Assembly: GCA_964510585.1 (NCBI GenBank)
Contig: CAZECW010000018.1
Location: forward strand, 5,634 to 37,633
Origin: an uncultured archaeon
GTDB lineage: Archaea; Asgardarchaeota; Jordiarchaeia; Jordiarchaeales; Jordiarchaeaceae
Reading direction: 5' to 3'
DNA: 32,000 bases
Under the pieces are notes generated by a model. That model was not told the DNA's origin and searched no databases. It saw nothing but the letters and a program-made list of their open reading frames with translations. Below are positions 27,201-32,000 of this stretch, in pieces. The number at the start of each line of letters is the position of its first letter. The stretch's first letter is position 1. Made by a program: the position numbers and the translations under genes.

Positions 27201-27378
27201 ACACTAAAATATTAATTAGTATATTGTGGTGGGAGTAAGCTGAGAGTCTTTATATTTTTTGCTATTAAAATATATTTGGCTAAGTTTTTTCGAAAAGGTA
27301 GACGTTATTTAAATTTTAAATATAGAAAGAATCATGTTTTGGTTCTTTAGAGAATTAAGGTTCATGTGCCTTTTGCTT

Positions 27379-27897
27379 TTAGGCTTTTTGGGCTCTTATC
27401 TCTAGAACCCTGTTTTTGTATCTTGATTCTACCGTTTTGGGATTTATGTTACAGGGCATTTGGATTTCCTTATTATATTTTTTCATGTTAGAGTTGACCC
27501 ATATGTAAATTGTATTTTTAGTAGCATCTACCTTTATGTCATCCTTTTTTATGCCGGGAATTTCGGCTATGACTATTATTTCCTTCCCCTCGTCAAATAC
27601 ATCAAATAATGGTTCTTCTTCTTTTTGTTCGATTTGCACTTCAGGTTTGAATAGGTCTTCACTTTTTCCGATTGGCTTGATTTGAGGCTTACCGTCTGGG
27701 CCCAGAGTTACGGAAAAACCATAGAACAGGGGTGGGGGGTTTCGGAAGAACTTTTCAGGATCTTGGAATAATTTTTCCTGGTTTTGGAAAAGCTGACGCA
27801 TCATTTCCTCTATGATTTCCTGGAACTGTTCAAAGTTTTCAAAGATATCCCAGAAGGGGAATCGACGTTTCCTTTTTTTATCGTCAGTCAAATACAA
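27379..27897 (-). CDS. hsp20: Small heat shock protein (Hsp20 / alpha-crystallin domain)
   Basis: Phe-rich N-terminus, YGFSVTLGPDGKP, EPLFDV, AEIPGIKKDDI, YKNRVLEI. TTG start at 27897 or 27891. Confidence 0.92.
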   Translation of the reverse strand: MYLTDDKKRKRRFPFWDIFENFEQFQEIIEEMMRQLFQNQEKLFQDPEKFFRNPPPLFYGFSVTLGPDGKPQIKPIGKSEDLFKPEVQIEQKEEEPLFDVFDEGKEIIVIAEIPGIKKDDIKVDATKNTIYIWVNSNMKKYNKEIQMPCNINPKTVESRYKNRVLEIRAQKA

Positions 27898-28003
27898 GCC
27901 TCCTATTAAACGATGTAATCATAGGGATTTAATAATGTATCGAAAGCGGTGGATGATTACTGCGGCAGCAAGAAAAAAAGGGTTTTCAGTTTTTTCAATA
28001 TTT

Positions 28004-28377
28004 ATCACACTTTCCGCACCTTTTACTTATTTTTTCCTATTTTTGTAAAATTTAAGCCTGTGGGGGCAGAAGCCTCCGCGTGTTTTAAGCAAAACCATCA
28101 AAAGAGTGTGGCTTATTTTGTGTGATGACTTCGGGGGTTGCCGGCTTGTGCGTCCCTTGCCCACATTTTTCTACACAGTGGCTTTAAAAAAGAGGGAAAA
28201 CGCGGTATCCAACCGGCCACCACAACAGCTTAAAAACTGGGAGGGGGGATTAAACACGGGAAACGCCTCCCCGGGACAAATTTTTCAAGTTTTTGAATCC
28301 AAGCAAGGAGAAACAAGCAGTAATTGGAAAAAAACGAAAAACCTCAAAACATTCGTAAAGGGTGCGGAAAGTGGGAT
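28004..28377. repeat. 374-bp segment bounded by 23-bp imperfect inverted repeats (MITE-like)
   Basis: 28004-28026 ATCACACTTTCCGCACCTTTTAC versus 28355-28377 GTAAAGGGTGCGGAAAGTGGGAT: 21/23 complementary with a 13-bp perfect core. No credible CDS inside. Confidence 0.55.
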
Positions 28378-28434
28378 TTATATTTTGAAAATGTTTATTT
28401 ATTCCAAATAGGAGAAATTTGGAATGCAATCTAT

Positions 28435-28914
28435 TTAAATCATTTTCCTTAAAAGTTCATTTATTTTTTCTCCACGGTATCCAAGCTCCCCACTTGCCCT
28501 AAATGGCCTTTTTTTGGGATTATCGAACCCTCCCTTCGGAGGATGTAGTCTAAAAACAGGTTTCAAGTCTGGCAAATCGTTAAGTTTCGCCTGGTTTTTG
28601 TAAACCGCCTTTGAGAAAGCATCCACACTGTCAAACTTTGACTTTTCTTTCAAATATTGATCTGTAAGTCTCTTGTTACCACTAAGGCGCCCTCTTTTAC
28701 TTAGTAGCAAGCTTAAAGTTTCTTCATCTATTTCTCCCCATGTAATATAATCTTTGGCCTTCTGGAGCATTCCAAGGTAACTTGGAGTGCTTTCTATTAA
28801 GGTTGCATGATTTAAATGATGCAATCTAAGCATTTTTAGAGTATCTTTTATTTCTCTTCGGACATTAACTGTTCCTCTAATTCTTACTACAGCCAGAAGT
28901 TTGTTTGATTCCAT
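28435..28914 (-). CDS. rpl30: 50S ribosomal protein L30 (uL30, archaeal long form)
   Basis: AVVRIRG, TLKMLRL, GMLQKAKDYITWGE, VFRLHPPKGGF, GYRGEKINELL. Confidence 0.97.
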   Translation of the reverse strand: MESNKLLAVVRIRGTVNVRREIKDTLKMLRLHHLNHATLIESTPSYLGMLQKAKDYITWGEIDEETLSLLLSKRGRLSGNKRLTDQYLKEKSKFDSVDAFSKAVYKNQAKLNDLPDLKPVFRLHPPKGGFDNPKKRPFRASGELGYRGEKINELLRKMI

Positions 28915-28919
28915 CTAGT

Positions 28920-29552
28920 TTAGCTCCTTACCCAATCTTTTGGATGCATAGTTTCGTAGGTTTTTCTGAGCGCATCAAATGTAGCATATGCGAAGTTTAC
29001 GGTGGTTTTGGTGTGTCCCCGTGACCATGACCATACATCAGTAATGCCAGCCAATCTTAAGATTATTCTTGCAACATCAGAGGCAACGATTCCTACACCT
29101 CTAGGCGCGGGAATAAGTTTAACTTCCACACTTCCCGATTTGCCTCTTACTTTGAAGGGCAGGGAGTGTACATCACCACAGCCGCATTCCCAGCTTCCGC
29201 ATCCCCGACGTACAGGAATTATGTTCATTTTGGCGCTTATTATTGCTTTTCTTATTGCGGGGCCTATTTCTGTGGCTTTTGCCTCGCTTATTCCTAGGTA
29301 GCCGTTATTGTTACCAACAGCTACGGTTGCTTTAAACCGGTTCTTTTCTCCAGCGTCTGTTTGTTTTTGAACTAGATTTATGTCTATTACTTCCTCTTCT
29401 AACCCGGGAAGAAGAATGTCCACTATTTCGGGCTCCATAATACGCAGACTTTGCTGGAAAATTTCCTCGATGCTTGTAATTATTCCTTCCTTAACCATCA
29501 TGCCGACTCTTGTTTTTGGCTGAAATTCTTCTTCATATTCTGTCTTGGACAT
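28920..29552 (-). CDS. rps5: 30S ribosomal protein S5 (uS5)
   Basis: PKTRVG, VQKQTDAGE, RRGCGSWEC, LIPAPRGVG. Confidence 0.98.
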   Translation of the reverse strand: MSKTEYEEEFQPKTRVGMMVKEGIITSIEEIFQQSLRIMEPEIVDILLPGLEEEVIDINLVQKQTDAGEKNRFKATVAVGNNNGYLGISEAKATEIGPAIRKAIISAKMNIIPVRRGCGSWECGCGDVHSLPFKVRGKSGSVEVKLIPAPRGVGIVASDVARIILRLAGITDVWSWSRGHTKTTVNFAYATFDALRKTYETMHPKDWVRS

Positions 29553-30155
29553 TTATTTCTTGCCTCCAAAACTCTCAAGAATCGCATTTTTTACAGTGTC
29601 AAAATGTTTGGGCAGATTTTCTGGTTTTACTCCACGTTTTAGCTGTTCGGAAAATTGTCTATTGTAGAGGTCAGGATTCTGAGATTGAAGCATTTTAGCG
29701 TATTCTGCTATGTGTTCACCGCGTATGCGTGAATCGTCGGGAAGTATATCTTCTCCATGTGGAACCTCAAGGTTCGCATCTAGAGCACCTTTTAGAACCG
29801 CAAACAGGCTGCTGTTTTTAACAGATGCTTGTAATCCAATATCTAGAATAGTTTTCTTTATTTTTTTCTTTTGAGCCTTTAGACCAATAAGGAGACCTAT
29901 TAAATAGGCAGCAGGAATATTTCCGCAGTGCCCTTTCCAACCATATTTTTTCTTAAGCTCATGTGTATGCGCAGAAAGCAAAACTTTATCACCGTGAGGC
30001 AGAGAATCTATTATCTGCACAGAAATGTTGTTTGCACTCCTTCTTACAACTAACCTAGGCAGTCCCGAAACTAGTAGTCTCCGCCTTAGATAATAATTTG
30101 TTTTTTGTTCTCTTCTTCTTCTTACTGGAACTTTGTATGTCGGGTTTTTAGGCAT
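29553..30155 (-). CDS. rpl18: 50S ribosomal protein L18 (uL18)
   Basis: YKVPVRRRREQKTNY, RLVVR, NIPAAYLIG, ILDIG, RIRGEHIAEY. Confidence 0.97.
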   Translation of the reverse strand: MPKNPTYKVPVRRRREQKTNYYLRRRLLVSGLPRLVVRRSANNISVQIIDSLPHGDKVLLSAHTHELKKKYGWKGHCGNIPAAYLIGLLIGLKAQKKKIKKTILDIGLQASVKNSSLFAVLKGALDANLEVPHGEDILPDDSRIRGEHIAEYAKMLQSQNPDLYNRQFSEQLKRGVKPENLPKHFDTVKNAILESFGGKK

Positions 30156-30303
30156 CGCTTAAACCTCTAACGAAAAATTCATTCAAATCAATTAGGGAAG
30201 TAGGATTGTAAAGTAAACAACAACATTTATCGTTTAAAAGGTTTCTACCATAGATAGTAATTATTGTTCATGTCTAAACTACATTTTTATCAGGTTCTAA
30301 AAT

Positions 30304-30753
30304 TTATCGCCTTGTTAATTTTTGTTCTTTTATGTAGGTTTTCACATGAGCCACATTTCGGAATGTACCGCCCTTTGCCTTCAGGTAAAGGGTTCTATAA
30401 ACGGAAGGAGTAATTACTCTTCTAGCTCTTAAATCTTTCAGGAATCTTCGGATTGGCCTAATTTTCTTCATCCATAGCTCTTTTCTTGAGACACGAGAGT
30501 ACTTTGCGCCTCTGATTTTTCCTTTACCTCGCCTCTGTCCCTTCCTTTTTTTCTTAGCAAGAAGCCTAGCTCTTCCCCGGCTGGTTCCCACAACATCTTT
30601 TGCACGTATTATTTTGTTTTTAATTAGACTTCGAATATCTTCCTTCCTAATGGCCATTGAAACTTTATCCAGATTGTCAGGGTCTATCCATACCTTATTT
30701 TCGCCAACTTTAAGGAGTCTTGCCGCAATTTTTCTTTGAGCTCTAAGATTCAA
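30304..30753 (-). CDS. rpl19e: 50S ribosomal protein L19e
   Basis: QRKIAARLLKVGENKVWIDP, SRGRAR, LYLKAKGG.F; TTG start. Confidence 0.97.
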   Translation of the reverse strand: MNLRAQRKIAARLLKVGENKVWIDPDNLDKVSMAIRKEDIRSLIKNKIIRAKDVVGTSRGRARLLAKKKRKGQRRGKGKIRGAKYSRVSRKELWMKKIRPIRRFLKDLRARRVITPSVYRTLYLKAKGGTFRNVAHVKTYIKEQKLTRR

Positions 30754-30810
30754 TTTGCTCTACCTCTCTTTTTTTACCCGTTTTTCGCATTTCTTTTTTG
30801 CAGGTTTATC

Positions 30811-31527
30811 TTAACTCTTTTTTGAGGTTATTTCCTTCGCCTTTTCGACCCATTTTTTAATTTGTTCAGCAGGCACTTCAATTATTTCAGATAGTTCCTC
30901 TATTTCCGTTTCCTCAGCTAAATCCTCAGCGCTGAATATGCCAATTTCTTCTAGCTTTTTAGCTGTTGCCTTATTTATACCTTCAATGGCTGTTAATTCA
31001 GTTTCTCCAGCTATCTTCGGGGCTTCTTCGACCTTCTTTTTCCGAGGCTTCTTTTCTGCAGCCTCTAGCTCCTCTAGTTCCTCTAGGTCCTCTTCTTTTA
31101 TTGTTTCGCCTTCTTCCAACCCTTCTTCAAGTTCCTCTTCTTCAGCCAGTATTACCCTTGGATTAAGCACCCATATAGCTCTTTTTTCAGCCTCGTCCAT
31201 GATATCAACAGCTTTACGTCCACCGACTGAATTCGCTATGCGAATTGCCTGCCTCTCGGGGTTTACCTTATCTAAATCTTTAACATTATAAACTATCACT
31301 TCATCGAATCCTGAGGGGTGTAAACCCCTAATTTTTTTGGGGCTACCATATCCTATACTGGGGGATTTAGGTACGCCCTTTCTTTTGAGCCTCATCATAT
31401 TGTCAGTACCCTTTGGTGCGCGCCATCTACTTTTTATCCTCTTATAGCGCCAACTCTCATAGGCGACGAAAGTGGGTTTTTTTGCCTTGATTTTTTTCCT
31501 AACTTGTAAGAGTCTTTTTTCACTCAA
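30811..31527 (-). CDS. rpl32e: 50S ribosomal protein L32e with an acidic linker and C-terminal HhH-like domain
   Basis: WRAPKGTDN, GYGSP, RGLHPSG core of about 123 aa, followed by an E-rich linker and LTAIEGINKATAKKLEEIGIFSAEDLA. Confidence 0.95.
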   Translation of the reverse strand: MSEKRLLQVRKKIKAKKPTFVAYESWRYKRIKSRWRAPKGTDNMMRLKRKGVPKSPSIGYGSPKKIRGLHPSGFDEVIVYNVKDLDKVNPERQAIRIANSVGGRKAVDIMDEAEKRAIWVLNPRVILAEEEELEEGLEEGETIKEEDLEELEELEAAEKKPRKKKVEEAPKIAGETELTAIEGINKATAKKLEEIGIFSAEDLAEETEIEELSEIIEVPAEQIKKWVEKAKEITSKKS

Positions 31528-31758
31528 GTTAGCATCCCTTCTAGAAGGTATCGCAACAATTGATTAGCATAAAGCGAGAATGAGAAACTCTCTTTTTAGC
31601 TTTGCAGAATAAACAATTACTAAAACTTAAATTTTACGCATTCCCATAAGGACACTATGTTCCTCGTTAGTGAATTTTTGTAAAAAAAATGGGGGGTTAA
31701 TGGAAAGAAATTTGTACGGGAGGGAGGTACCGTTATACCAAAAAGGTGATACACGCCC

Positions 31759-32000
31759 ATGGCGCAAACAACAGTACCTCCCACAGATTACGGCTTCATC
31801 CCTGTCGGTTCTCTGCCCAACATCATCCTACATGGAGAATATTCGCGAGAAGAGGAAATAAGGCTTGCGGCTGAAACCCTGGTTAAGAAGCTCAGCCTCC
31901 CAACTGGAGGAGACCTGCCACTCAGACTCTACCACATACTGACAACAACCTTCGGCGCCCTAGACGACCAGTTCAACATGCTAAAAGACCTGTGGGGAAT
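31759..32000 (+). CDS. Hypothetical protein, 3'-truncated by window edge
   Basis: AGGTGA SD, then ATG at 31759. Reads MAQTTVPPTDYGFIPVGSLPNIILHGEYSREEEIRLAAETLVKKLSLPTGGDLPLRLYHILTTTFGALDDQFNMLKDLWG, open to the window end; no motif recognised. Confidence 0.65.
   Translation, partial: MAQTTVPPTDYGFIPVGSLPNIILHGEYSREEEIRLAAETLVKKLSLPTGGDLPLRLYHILTTTFGALDDQFNMLKDLWG

Noticed and set aside
28100-28411. 101-aa ORF, or SRP/RNase P RNA, in the rpl30-hsp20 spacer
   Set aside because: The ORF has no SD or motif and is low complexity. The SRP helix-8 and RNase P P4 signatures were not found by eye.
219-31291. Many short antisense or overlapping ORFs in the track (e.g. 794..1219, 17222..17776, 30938..31291)
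   Set aside because: They are shadows of well-conserved genes on the opposite strand or in another frame.
31670-31861. 63-aa ORF from the track
   Set aside because: It overlaps a better SD-led ORF at 31759 in another frame.
1-32000. CRISPR array, rRNA, transposase or integrase
   Set aside because: No regularly spaced repeats, rRNA signatures or recognisable recombinase motifs were seen.

Overview
Archaeal core-genome window, TACK/Asgard-like (lineage inferred from the proteins, not established). It holds rearranged pieces of the str/RNA-polymerase, S13-alpha and spc ribosomal-protein clusters, plus glmS, gatDE, elp3, rpl7ae, mvk-ipk-idi, cbf5, secY and hsp20. The main result is six short bulge-helix-bulge (BHB)-type introns in three genes. 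(i) A 30-nt intron with two in-frame stops sits inside gatE, and its removal restores the D-E-x-P-P motif; I know of no described gatE intron. (ii) A 31-nt perfect BHB intron splits the catalytic Asp codon of cbf5. (iii) One tRNA-Ser(GGA) gene carries four introns (D-loop, 29/30, 37/38, 59/60). Secondary observations: probable non-canonical start codons (ATA for nusA, ACG for rps4), a box C/D K-turn motif before the rpl7ae ribosome-binding site, a type 1 IDI where archaea usually have IDI-2, a homopolymer frameshift in mvk, a 374-bp inverted-repeat-bounded segment beside hsp20, enlarged extracytoplasmic loops in SecY and DUF106, and an HhH-type tail on L32e. All structures were folded by eye; nothing was computed or searched.
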